Below are positions 11,055 to 22,959 of a stretch of 64,000 bases of DNA, in pieces (the first letter of the stretch is position 1; every line of letters begins with the position of its first letter). This stretch comes from Takakia lepidozioides. Taxonomy: Eukaryota > Plantae > Bryophyta. The stretch lies in NCBI GenBank assembly GCA_030704615.1, contig CM060734.1:13268001-13332000 (forward strand), written 5' to 3'. The translations under genes were made by a program, and so were the position numbers. The notes under the pieces are model-generated. The model had not been told where the DNA came from and made no database searches. It worked only from the letters and a program-made list of their open reading frames with translations.

Positions 11055-12489
11055 CTCATATTATTACGGTGTGGAGATATTCACCCCAATCTAGGCCCTC
11101 CCACCCTTAGCGATATCATTTTCCTACTCCCACCCGACCCCCAAGAGAGATACTCCCTATATTTCCACCCTGACACGATGTCACTCAGCATAATTACCGG
11201 CATATCCTCGACCACTTCTCCCCCTTTCACAGCCCCGCCCCTCCCCGCCCCCCCCCCCCCCCACAGCTTATCTCTACTTTTGGCCTTCCCACCAGTCTAT
11301 ACCTCGCCCTCCACACAGCCATCCATAAACTCTCTACATTCCCCACCCAACACATCCTCTTCTATCTGATCGTCCTTGTTTCCCCTCTACCAACTACATG
11401 CAACCACTTCTTTGAAACCCACTCCGAGTCCCGCTTACACTCACTCCTCCTCCGGTTACATAATCTTCCGCCATGCCCTCACAATTACCTAGCCCCGCCA
11501 CACCACCTGGCTACGCTACACTCATCTGTCAAGGTATTTTACCACTAGTGTGAAACTAGCTAGGAAATAGCTAGCTTTTACATATTGACATTTGGGATTG
11601 GCCCAAGTGTAAGTCTAGGGGTTAAGGCAGATTTAGGCCCTGGAGTGGTTATCTTCATGGCAAGCGTGGGAGGCTCATCTTTTTCGAGTTGAGCCTCACC
11701 GCGCCTAGCTATGGCGCCGTAGTGTGGATTCCCCATGGCGTGGGGTGCACTTGGCTTGACTTGTATTTGAGTGATGAGGTTATATATGCATGAGTTTATG
11801 CTTCAGCTTTGTGAGCTCGCATGAGCTTGTGCTTGTATTCTTCTTCTTTATCACTCGAGAAAGATCAGCTCGTATCTGTGAGTGCCAGATACGAGTTAGT
11901 TGTAGCACTTGTGGTTTTCGCTTGAGAATGAGAGAAACCAGGTTGTTATGCATGTGGGTTACGATATGGTAGACCTTGGCATTCGATCTTCAATTTCAGA
12001 GATAAAAGCACCATGTTGCAGGTAATTCCAGAGCACCTTGATGGTTTCAGATTGTGCACATGCATAAGCAATCACGATTGGAAAGAGGATCAATTAAGAG
12101 CAGGTTATAGTGGCTTTGGTGGCAAAGCTGAGAACTGACCTTGGGAATGCGAGCTTTCATTGTGTGAAGGATTGCAAGACCAAGCGAAAGGGCTGATTTG
12201 GCTTGGGGCAAATCAGTGCACTTTGTGGAGTATGTTGAGATTGGGTTTCAATCTCAAGGTTCAGCATTGAAAGGGCTCTTGCCATGGCAAGAGCAGGGCT
12301 GGAACAGGAGCTAAGAGGTGCGGCAAGGCCATGGAATGTGCACCTAGGGTTTCAGAGCTTGGAAGAAGAGCTCTTGCACCACAAGAGGAGTGTCTTGTGG
12401 CTGGAAATGTAAACCTTAGGGCTTTAGGAGCTTGGCAAAGGCTGTGGAGTGCTTAGTCTTGTCATAGAGAGCATCAAGGAGCCAAGGAG

Positions 12490-12910
12490 CCAAGATAGGG
12501 GGCTGATATTACCTCTTGTGTGAAGGGGATACATGTGTGGAGCATGCATTCAGCCAAGATAGGGGGCTGATATTACCTCTTGTGTGAAGAGGATGCATGT
12601 GTGGAGCATGCATTCAGCCTATTGAAGCTTCCATCTTCAAGCTTGGAGGGCAAGCAAGGAAGAGGGAAGGGCTGACTTCTCTTATGTGAGGGCAACGCAT
12701 GTGTGGAGCATGCTTTCAGCCCGTTAAAGGCTTGTATTTTTAGGTTTGGGAGTGCAAGAAATGAAGGAAGGGGCTGGTTTCCCTGTAGGGCATGTGTGGA
12801 GCATGCTTTCAGCCCGCTGAAGCTTGTATTTTCAAGTTTGTGGGTGCAAGAAATGAAGCAAAGGAACTGATTCTCTTATGGTGAGAATGGGGCATGTGTG
12901 GAGCCCATTG
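12490..12910 (+). repeat. Repeated CATGTGTGGAGCATGC(A/T)TTCAGCC motif (~5 copies) in the leader of copy 1
   Basis: Copies near 12533, 12596, 12698, 12791 and 12893. Related motifs occur in copy 2 near 59732 and 59840. Confidence 0.75.
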
Positions 12911-13414
12911 AGGCTCTTGTTTTCAAGCTTTAGAGAGCTAGAATGGAAGGGCTAGGGCTGGTTTCCACTTGGGGTGAAAGAAAAACATTTGTAGGGCATA
13001 TGTAAGTTGGGGTTTAACTTCAAGCTTGAAGGGAGCACAACTCTTGAAGCAGCAGGTGCAGGGGCTGGATTAGGTGCGAAGGGGCGTGCTATGGTCAAGA
13101 AAAACGCGTGAATGAGTGCCTACAAGGGCTGGAAGTCAGCCATGTTTGGTTAGTCGCCATAGGGATCAATGACGCTGTTTTGTGAGTTAAAAGGAAGCTT
13201 GTGCACTTAGTTTTGGTTGGAAACATCTTCCTTTGGAATTAGAGCTACTATTGGTGGTGTGTGGGAGCCATAAAGAGCAAGAATACCTTGCTGATTTCCT
13301 CACAGCCGCCATAGCTCGGTGCAAAGAAACCTAGAGTCCAAGAGACACAAACCCTAGTTGGCGTGGCTAAACCCCTTCAGAGAAATGGCTAAACTGCCAT
13401 GAGCGGCCATGGAT

Positions 13415-13815
13415 GCGGCTGTGATGGGTTGTGACGGACTGTGACAGGTTATGGCCTGTGGGGCTATGACTGACTGTGACTGGCTGTGACAGGCTGTGAC
13501 CTGTGGCCTGTGGGGTTGTGATGGGCTGTGACGTGCTGTGACAGGCTGTGCCCTGTGGCCTTTGGGGCTGTGACAGGCTGTGGCCTGTGGGGCTGTGATC
13601 CTGTGACCTGTGTAGGGCTGTGACAGGCTGTGACGGGCTGTGCCCTGTGGCCTTTGGGACTGTGATGGGCTGTTCCATGTGGCCTTTGGGGCTGTGACAG
13701 GCTATGACCTGTGGCTTGTGGGGCTGTGATGGACTGTGACCTGTGGGGCTATGACCATGTGACCTGTGTAGGGCTGTGACAGGCTGTGACGGCTGTGACC
13801 AGTGATCTGTGTGGG
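13415..13815 (+). repeat. CTGTG-rich minisatellite (GGCTGTGAC / CCTGTGG units)
   Basis: Dense degenerate array visible directly in the sequence. Confidence 0.9.
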
Positions 13816-14750
13816 CCTGTGCTGGTCTATGGTGGCCCATGTTGACCTGTGGACGGCCTGTGCTGACTCGTGGAGGCACTGGTGGACTGCCTGAGGACTG
13901 GCATGTGGTCTTGAAGGCCAAATTTTGAAGCTCGTGGAGGGCGGTTTGAGGAGTGTCTTCATGATATTCCCATGGTCATGCAAGTGAGAGAAGAGAAGAG
14001 AGGAAGAGTGTTGGGATGAGGGCATGCTGGGGTTAGGCATTGCTTTAGCTTCTCTTCCTCGTAGTTTTCCCTCTCATTAGGCCAAGACCTTTCCGTAGGT
14101 GGAGGCAAGAGTCAATCCGGGTTTGGGCTGGGGTGTCCTTACAGGAGCAACACCGTGGAGTTGTTTTTGGTGTGGGGGAGTTGTCGTTCTGATTTCTTGT
14201 GTTTGGATCCCCTCCATACCTGCATGCTTGACTGTGCGTCATGTTAGTTTTGTGTGGGCGCTTGTTTTTATAGGTGATTGGTCCGGATTTGATCACCGGC
14301 CAGTCCTAGAGCATGCTGTCGATGGTGAGGCTGGGATGATGACCAGTCAGACCATCATTGTTTCTCCTATGGTGAGGTTGGAGGTGATGACCAGCCAACC
14401 ATAGGAGTGCTTGCGGTGGATGCAGGTGCAGGTGTATGCTATGTTAGGAACCTAGTATTCCAAACCATAAGCCGCAACAGGTTCTCTACCCGGTTACCTT
14501 GTAGAGAGGGGGTTAGGGACATGTTCATGACAGGTTGAGTGACAGTTTGTCAACACGGAGGTGCCACTAGTTGCTGGGGACAGTGCCGGTTCGAGCACTA
14601 GTGATACTAGTGGGTACACGAGACAAGGTGTGCGGTTTAGGCCACCTTCACCTCCTGTGTCTTCTACGGAAGGTTCTGATTCGGATTGTGAATCAGGAGG
14701 ACTCTCACCGGCGGTGCAAGTTGTTTCCTTGCCATTTCTTGTGGGACACA

Positions 14751-15850
14751 ATGGAGGAGATGTATGGAGCTACCAAGGGGCCACGAAGGTACTCTGGGGC
14801 GGTGGGCACCATCGAGTTGGATGACTTTATCCAAGAGTTTGATAGTTGGTGTGACTTGCAGCAAATGCGCAATCCACAACTGTTTACGCCTTTTATGGCA
14901 TGGAAGGGGCTATTTCAGCACCTTGAGGGGCCGCCCATGGATGATTACCATGAGTTCAGGTGGGGGCATGAGGTTGAGATGGAGGAGTGGATGATGTACT
15001 GGTCACCCGACTATGTCTCCATCACTAGGGGCACTAGAGCCACGAGGGCAGTGGCTACACCTGCCGCTGCACCGGCAGCTTCAACAAGCAGCAGTGGGAC
15101 TGGTGGTACCGAAGCTACGATGTCCACCCAAGCCACTACCGCACCAGTACCAGTACCCGTGCCTGCCTTCAACCCTATTATGGAGTTCTTCGAAGAGTTG
15201 AGAGGGAACTACCAAGGGGGTGAGGACAGAGAAGTTGCGGAGCTTGCAAGAGTTCCAACGGAAGCCTACTGAGAGCTTGAGGGAGGCTTTCACTCGCATG
15301 AGGCGCTTGATAAATGTAACCCAAGGGGTTACGGAAGCTCATGCAGTCCAATTCTGGTATGGGATATTGGACAAGGAGTTGAGGAGAAGGGTGCGGGATG
15401 CAACTCTCCTACAAGCGGCCCAACCCACCTTAGCAAATGTGTTTTTGCTGGCAGAGCAGATAGAGCTCAACATGGTGGAGGAACGAGTGGTCACGGTGGG
15501 ATTTACTAAGGAGACACCACGGGGTAGTGGTGCTCCTAGCCAACCACTACCTCAACGTGCTCAAGGTAACAAGGGGGCTCAGGTGAAGCTCAGGGAAGGA
15601 CAGAGAGGACCTCAGATGCAGGGGTCTCTCCCTTCATTTGCAGGCCAACAACGGGCGGAGGTGGTGTGTTGGACATGTGGAGGACCCCATATCAAGAAGG
15701 ATTGCCCAGAGGGAGGCAAAGGGCCGGCACATGCATAACCTGCACAATTGCAGTGTGGGCATTGTGGCAAGCACGGGCATGGAGAGGCCCAGTGTTATGG
15801 TTTGCATCCTGAGTTGCGCCCAGGCCAGTTCCAAGGGAATAATGGTGGCC
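14751..15850 (+). pseudogene. gag: gag-like ORF with two CCHC zinc knuckles (copy 1)
   Basis: ELDDFIQEFDSW and FQRKPTESLREAFTRM, knuckles CWTCGGPHIKKDC and CGHCGKHGHGEAQC. Frameshifted. Confidence 0.75.
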
Positions 15851-16679
15851 GGGGGCGAGGTGGAGCCGCCCAGAGATGATGAGGTGGCCAGGCACAAGGT
15901 GCAGGCTAAGGACAAGCTCAACATGGCCAAGGACGTGGAGGTCAGGGTGTTGACCAAGGCATGGCCAACCGGCTTCAGCAGCTAGAGTAGAGGCTCGCTG
16001 CCATGGCTACAACTCAGGTGGTACCGGCTCCAAGGCCGGATGGTCCACCTCCGGCTCCTGAGGGAGGAGATATGGGAGGCATGGGATTCATGTGCGGGGT
16101 AGCACTACCACCAGTGCAAGTGGAGTCGGCGGCGGCAGTGACCCGAGGAGCAGCACGAGTTCCTGAGCCACGAGGTGCAGAGGTGGAGTTGGATCCACAG
16201 CGTGGGGAAGCAAGCCGTCAGGCGAGGCTTCCTCAATCATTCACATTGGCGGAGACAGTGTCGACGTCATCCATGGCACCTAGTTCTCGCCCGATTGTTA
16301 CCGAGGCGGAGGTTACTATGTCATTGGGGAGAGCTACATGGGCAACACCACTACCTAGTGTTGCCAAAGCTACGGCAGCTAGTGTCTGCTGGGAGCGGCC
16401 ACATCTTGTGTGCCAGGCTCCATTGTTCTCGGCTACCATAATTGCGACGCAGGGGGTAAGACCAGCTGAGGTGTTCAGGCTGGCAGCTACACTCTGTGAG
16501 AGTGGGGAGGTTACTTCATCTTCTGCGGAGATAGTGGGAGGTGTAGTGCCGGAGGGATCCTCGGATTTGAGGGTCAAGACTGCCACGGCGGCACCATGGC
16601 AAGTTGCAACTGTCAGGTTGATGGAGCTGTCAGCTAGGCCAGCCATTGAGCGCGCCATGGTGACACCTGGAGTTGTCAT

Positions 16680-17050
16680 GGTAGACAACCAGGATGACAT
16701 TTTCTGTTTGAGTGTACCAGCAGGCAAGAGGTACCGGCCACTACGGGTCTTGTTGGACTCGGGGCTCAGCCATTGATGTTGGGCAGAGCTGCTATTATAG
16801 GCTTGGCCTCACGGAGGCGGATATGGAGCCTTGTCATTTCTAGATACAGACGTCTCTGGGAGGATTGAGCAGGCTCGGGCATGACACGGCGTGAGTTGGC
16901 TATCAGACTACGGCCGGATCACCCTATAGATGACTCAGTAATGTGAGCCAAGGCCATTGTGACAGACGCGGTCTCATACGATGTCCTAGTTGGTGGGGCA
17001 GTGTGGTACCCCATGGGCTTCACCCTGGATTTTTGGGAGGAGTCAGCTTC
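16680..17050 (+). pseudogene. Aspartic protease domain (copy 1)
   Basis: RVLLDSG active-site motif at ~16744 and YDVLVG at ~16977. Confidence 0.7.
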
Positions 17051-17439
17051 CTATAGGCTGGATGGCAGTCAGGGAAGGCCAGCGTGTGTCAGCTCCTGTG
17101 ATGTTTCATAGGAGGAGTTGCGGTTGCCCAGCGGGGCAAGATGCCGACACTAGCAACATTCACAGCTGCAGTGACTTGGCCTGGATAGTTGCTAGAAGGG
17201 CAACACCATTCAGAGGATGACACACCTCCAGAGCATGATGACATGTATGGTTGGCGGAGTTGCCTGCCATGGTTGCTCAGACTCCAGTTGGGGCACGAGC
17301 AAGGATTTGCAGCACGGGTTGCTGATCGACGGGTGCAACAAGCCTGGGTGGAGGCTTTTGTACCCTCAGGAGAGGAGAGAGTGCGGGGATTGCACCAGGA
17401 CCACCTCAGTTGTCTCCATTGGACACCACACCTATTTTG

Positions 17440-18410
17440 TGGGCAGTATCCGGATGAAGGCTTTGCCTTCTGGACTTGTTTGGTGGGATCAGCCCGGATT
17501 GGCTGCTGTGCTACAGTAGGTGTACGAGTTCGATGTTACTTATGTGGCGAGGGATGAGATGTACGACGCGTCTCACTTCACCATGTTTGCCCAGTTAATA
17601 CACAGTACCCTGAGTTGTTGCCGGTGTGCTGCGTGATTTCGTGGATACCAGCAGACATTTCCTTGCTGGGGGCGCAAGATTTGGAGCGGGTTGGCTCCAT
17701 CCACTTGGTATGGCAGGTTGGCCTTGCCAAGGGCATTCATCACCGGGCATGGCAATGGATTGCGAGACTCGAGGTCGGGTCTGTTTTGGGAGATGGTGCG
17801 GGTTTTTGCGCCACTTACAGCTTCATCAGCTGTTCTCTCCGGCATACTCTTGCGAATGCCACTGAGGGCGATTCTCGGCCAGGGTGATGGCCAGTTGCAT
17901 CAAGTCCGGTCGTTGGCTTGGGTGAAGCAGTTGTTGGATGTGGAGTGTAGCTGCAGGGGGGTCACGGGCTCATCGTCCATGGCTATGTGGACTACCTTGA
18001 TGCAACCCGCACTGCTTAAGCATGCATTTGATGGGGTACAGCGGCGCACACACCTCAAGTGGATAACAGTTGGACACAGAGAGGCAGTCTCAGCGTGTGA
18101 GACACGATGACCGTTTGCCTTTGGCAGTGGTCAACAAGGTGGGTCAACCACAAACAACATTACCTACACTGCTCAGCTTCCTAGGATCGCATGCCTTTCC
18201 GGATAGTGGACCTAGCCTCCTGTGGGATGCTCAGTTGCAGCAGTTAGTGGAGCCTAATGCTGACGAGCGTGAGCGGGCAATGGGTTTTACCATTGGTACC
18301 ACAGCGGTGCCGTCTCTTTCTGAGGCATCACGTCGTCAGGTGTTAGGGCAAGCAATGGATCTCAATTGCTTGACCTGGATTATCAGCTTGGCTATGGCTG
18401 AGCAACGCAA
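17440..18410 (+). pseudogene. DNMT3-like C5 cytosine methyltransferase domain inside pol (copy 1, frameshifted)
   Basis: LLDLFGGI (motif I), GWPCQG (IV), GLRDSRSGLFWEM, a degenerate VI, ERERAMGF (IX) and RRQVLGQAM (X). Confidence 0.85.
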
Positions 18411-18859
18411 AGTGCGGAGTATACTTCCCTTGATGGTCTCTCTGCCTACCGAGACGGTACAGGCAGTGAGTGGGGGCAAGTAGGTGAGGACCACGGGGTG
18501 CAGGCATCCATGGCACACGTGGGAGGTGCTCGAGGTTCAGAGGGAGTTGGCAGCCAAGGCGGCGGTGATGGATGATGTTGGGGATTTTTTCTCGGTGAGG
18601 AAGTCCTCAAGGATGAGATGATGGGGCAGGATGATGCCTCCTTGATGATCAGCAGGGAGTACTACTCAAGAGGTTGCAACATAGCAACCACTGGACGCAT
18701 CCTCTACCTCTCAGCCCACTGGACTTAAGGTTGTAGTTACAGAGGACAATTGGGAGCCTGACATTGGACCCATTGTCACCGATGATAGAGAGACGTAACA
18801 GTGGTTTCCTGAGGGCTTACAGGAATTGCTTTGCCTTCAGTTTGAAGGACTTGGAGCAG

Positions 18860-20170
18860 TAAGTGTCAAGAGATCTGTTTGAGTTGGCCACTTACACGCC
18901 AATCTTTCGGAGACCCTATAGATACAGTGACATGGAGAGGTCTTTGATTCAGATGAGGACTCAGATCTCTGGGAGGCAGGTTTGGTGGAGCTCTCTTGGT
19001 GGAGAGTATGCTTCAGCCACAATGATGCCAGCTAAAAGGATGTCTATGGCAATTGGACGGAGACGTATGTGTGGTGATTACCGGCCTGTAAATCGTCAGA
19101 CTAAGTCCGATAAGTATGCCATGCCTACACTGGAGGAGATCTTTGATGCCATTGGGCATGCTAAGGTCTTTAACACTTTTGATTTACGATCCGAATATCA
19201 CCAGTTGTCGATCAAGGAGGCGGACAAGCGAAGGACGACATTCTGGGGGATCAATGAGCACGACAAGGATTGCCTATAGCAGTGGCGAGTCTTACCATTT
19301 GGCTTAAGAACGCTCCTGCAGAGTTTCATAGGAGTCATGGATAGGATTCTAGCATGGTGGACTTTGCTCGGTGCTACATAGATGACATCATCATCTTTAG
19401 TGCTACGGTGGAGGAGCATGAGAGACAAATCTTCAGGTGGATTGGAGCGCTTGAGAGCGCATGGATTGAAGTTGCATCCGGGGAAGTGTAATTTTTTCCA
19501 CACCAGATTGAGTATCTGGGTCACATGATATATCCTGGAGGATTGGGGGTACAACAGACTAAGGTAGAGGCTATTGCACAAATTCCACGCCCCCCGGATG
19601 TGAGCCGAGTTCGAGCTTTCATGGGGTTAGCAAACTACTATAGACGGTTTGTCAAGGGATTTAGTGCTATCGCAAAGGCTCTAACCAAGCTGACAAGGTG
19701 GACCAGGAGTGGCAGTGGGAAGATGAGCAGGAACAAGCTTTTCCAAGAGCTCAGGCGAGGTTTCCTCGGCTCCTATCCTGAGACGACCTATCAGGGGGCA
19801 TCCCTTTCAGCTGCATACGGATTGGAGCATGCTGGGACTTGGAGCGGTGCTCACACAGGTGGATGATGATGGAAGAGAGTTCGTAGTGGCTTATGCTAGC
19901 CCGCTCGAACAACGCTGAAGAGGCTAAGTACAGCTTATATGAGGGAGAGTGCTTAGCTGTAGTGTTGGCCGTGGGCACACTTCAAGTGGTTATCTTATGA
20001 CAATCTTTTCAACCCTTGTCACGGATCACACACCACTCAATGGTTGATGGAGTCAGACAAGCTTACGGGGAAGCTTGCACGGTGGGCACTCATACTCTAG
20101 GAGTATGACTTTCAGGTTTGTGCATCGACCGGGTTTGGTCACGGGATGCGGATGGATTGAGTCGCATCCT
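18860..20170 (+). pseudogene. pol: Reverse transcriptase and RNase H (copy 1)
   Basis: RMCGDYRPVN, FDLRSEYHQ, YIDDIIIFS, RAFMGLANYYRRFV, LHTDWS and YEGECLAV. Confidence 0.9.
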
Positions 20171-20529
20171 GCACGAGCCAGCAGGATGACACTGAAGCTC
20201 AGTGGCATGTGAGACGGATGAGGAGATGGTGCCACATCGCATGTTGTTTGTGTATCTTGGCAGCGGGAGGTCAGATTGGACCTACAACAGGGATGACTAT
20301 AGACGTATTTTGAGGACCCTGAGGCTAGGATCGAGCCAGGTTGTGCCAGAGATATAATGAGGATTCGGCTGTGTTGGACTACCTCCGTACTGGAGACACG
20401 ACAACCACTGTGACTGCCAAGGAGAGGGATCCGATCCTGCAATGAGCAAGAGGTTCAAGTGGGAGGGGATACACCTACTCCGAGTGTAGGAGGATGGTCG
20501 GGTGAGGATTGTGCCTCACCCAATACAGC

Positions 20530-21735
20530 GTGCACGGCTAGTGCGGCATACCCATTAGGAGTTGGGGACATTTTGGAAGTGCGACGCACTCACAGTTTAC
20601 TGTCAGGGGGTAGTATTGGTGGCGTGGTATGCGTACAGAGGTGCAACAGTCGGTGGCTAGGTGCATAATGTGTGACAAGGTGCGTGCTTCAATCATGGGG
20701 GATTGGGCTACAGGTGGAGTCTTGACTTCGCAGGACCGTTGCCACTGACTAAATAACACCACCACAAATATGTGTTGGTGATGGTGAGCACTTCTCCAAG
20801 TGGATTGAGTTGGTTCCATTGCCTGACAAGGCTAGTGAGGGGGCTGCGTATGCATTCTTGGATCGTGTGCTTAGCCAATTCGGTGCTCCAGCTGAGGTAC
20901 TCACGGACTAAGGGAGAGAGTTCTTGGGGGAGTTTCAGGTTTTGTGTGATAAAGCCTTGATAGACCACCGCACCACTTCTCGGGATCATCCTGAGGCCGA
21001 TGGCTTGGCAGAGAGAGTTGTTCAGACGGTGAAGAGGGGTTTGCGCAAGTATGGCTTGCAGAAGGGACACCTAGGAGATTAGGATCTTCAGGTGCTTTGG
21101 TTAGCCATGGGCTACAGGTTCGCCAAGCAAGCATCACTTGCTTCCTTCTCACCATATTTCCTTCTCTTTGGCCAAGAGCCGGATTTGCATGCTGCCATTC
21201 GTAGGGACACTGCTTAAGTTCTTAACCTTGATGATCCGGACGTGTGGATACGTGCATGTGATCAGCGTGCAAAGTTGTTCAAGAAAGTCATGCCCATGGC
21301 TTTTGAGAACCTTGCCATTGCACAACACCGTGACACGTTGAGGTATGCCACTATACGTGGTGGAGGACATCGTCCTGGGGTTCGGAGGTTTAGCCCTGGT
21401 GACTATGTTTATTTGCAGCAGACTGCTCATACAACCCTGGATGTGATTGCAGGGCGTGTTATTCTGAGGGTTTGAGAGGTGTTGCCCTCACGAGTCCTGA
21501 TCCTAGAGGGTCGGGATGGCATAACTTGTGCGTAATTGTACGTCATGTCACCTTCCCAATGTCGATGGCAGTGGTACCTGAAGGTTTGAGGTGCATGCTC
21601 TGTGGGTCTGCCAAAGGGGCAGCCACCATGCTGGTGTGTGATCGATGCTTAGGAGGTTGGCACATGGGATGCTTGACACCACCTCTTGAGAAGGTTCCTG
21701 ATGGAGATTGGTTGTATCCACACTACTTGGAATAG
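20530..21735 (+). pseudogene. DDE integrase with C-terminal PHD finger (copy 1)
   Basis: WSLDFAGP, VLTD and ADGLAERVVQTVK. PHD CMLCGSAKGAATMLVCDRCLGGWHMGCLTPPLEKVPDGDW at ~21590-21730. Confidence 0.88.
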
Positions 21736-22959
21736 TGGCAGTGGACATGACTAGAGGCAGCTAACAAGACATGGGAGGCCAAGCTCATAGGAGTCAATAC
21801 ACGAGATCCCAGGCTCAAGTTCATAGGTTGCAAGACGGCGACTAACGATGGGGCAATTCTTGCACCCGACCTCTTGATCTATCGAGTTTGAGTGTAGTAG
21901 GGACAGTGGTGGAGGACTGAGGCTACAGTCACTATCACATCTTGTGGCTACCTGGACTTAGAGGGACCTAAGCACCAGCTAGGGGGGCGATTGTGTGGAC
22001 TAGTGACTGCCATAGTGGGCAGCATAGTGGCAGTCTAGTGGTTGGACTAGTGGTATACTAGTGTGTGGTATGCACATGTGTTGTGTGGTTTGGGACAGCG
22101 ATGTAGTTGTGTAGCGATATGTATGCGCACGATACATCTCTCCACTTATTGCAATCCCATCCAGGCACGGTGCACAAGGTTCTTGGTGACCACCTAGCCA
22201 ACACCACCCCTACCCCAGAACCCAGCACCACCATTGACAAATTTACCTTCCTCTCCCCAGACATACTCACTGCTACGCTAAAAGCCCTCACCCCTCTCCC
22301 GGGATTCTCCCCCCCACCCCCAAACCCATCACAGTTATCCACATCCCCTTTACCAGGCACAGCTCCATCTGCACGCCTCCACATCCCAAATATCTGCACT
22401 AGTTCCTTTACTATCACATCTTGGAACGTTGGCTACTTACTACTAGCATTCAGAGCCTCATCCATCTCCTAACAGACTTCACTCCCCCCCATATTATCAT
22501 GCTGCAAGAGACCAAATTGCACACACGTAACACTAATAGCTCTTACATCAATAAACTTCTCCCAGACTACTACCTATTATATGATAATCCCCTCACTGCC
22601 CCCACAATGTCTTCTTAGGAGATCAGCCCCGTACAAACCCACTAGGGGAGGCGTTGCCCTTGGCATCCTACGCTCCCACCACTCACCCAGCACCACCACA
22701 AAAATCACCTTGCCCATACATCTTAGGTCCCACCTCCAGATTGTCCACTTACACCCGTCAGCTCTCACTCCCATTTTACTAATTCACTTGTATATGCCCT
22801 CACACGATGAGGACCTGCCAATGATACCCGAACTCCTAAGCACCATATCCACTACTATTACCCACCTGACCACCAACAATACCATGTCATATTGGCAGGA
22901 GACTTCAACAGGGACATTGCACTTCTTGGCCATACCAACGAATATAATAGGTGAGAGGT

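Larger units (their letters stand above)
11527..22134 (+). mobile_element. DNMT/PHD-carrying Ty3/gypsy retrotransposon, copy 1 (structure A-internal-PPT-B)
   Basis: Termini TGTCA...CACGA(T)A, TSD CATC (11523-11526, 22135-22138), domain order gag-PR-DNMT-RT-RH-INT-PHD, and PPT AGGGGGGCGA at 21981-21990. Confidence 0.9.
11049..22945 (+). mobile_element. LINE segment with APE endonuclease (11049-11526 joined to 22135-22945), interrupted by DNMT element copy 1
   Basis: The frame continues across the insertion (HHLATLHS|SLHLLQSHPG). APE motifs ITSWNV, IIMLQETK, GGVA, LYMPS and AGDFN lie at 22410-22915. Confidence 0.8.

Noticed and set aside
14471-14500. Alternative LTR end and PBS (GCAACA-GGTTCTCTACCCGG)
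   Set aside because: No matching 3' repeat and no TGG/tRNA complement. The co-varying pairing right after A explains priming better.
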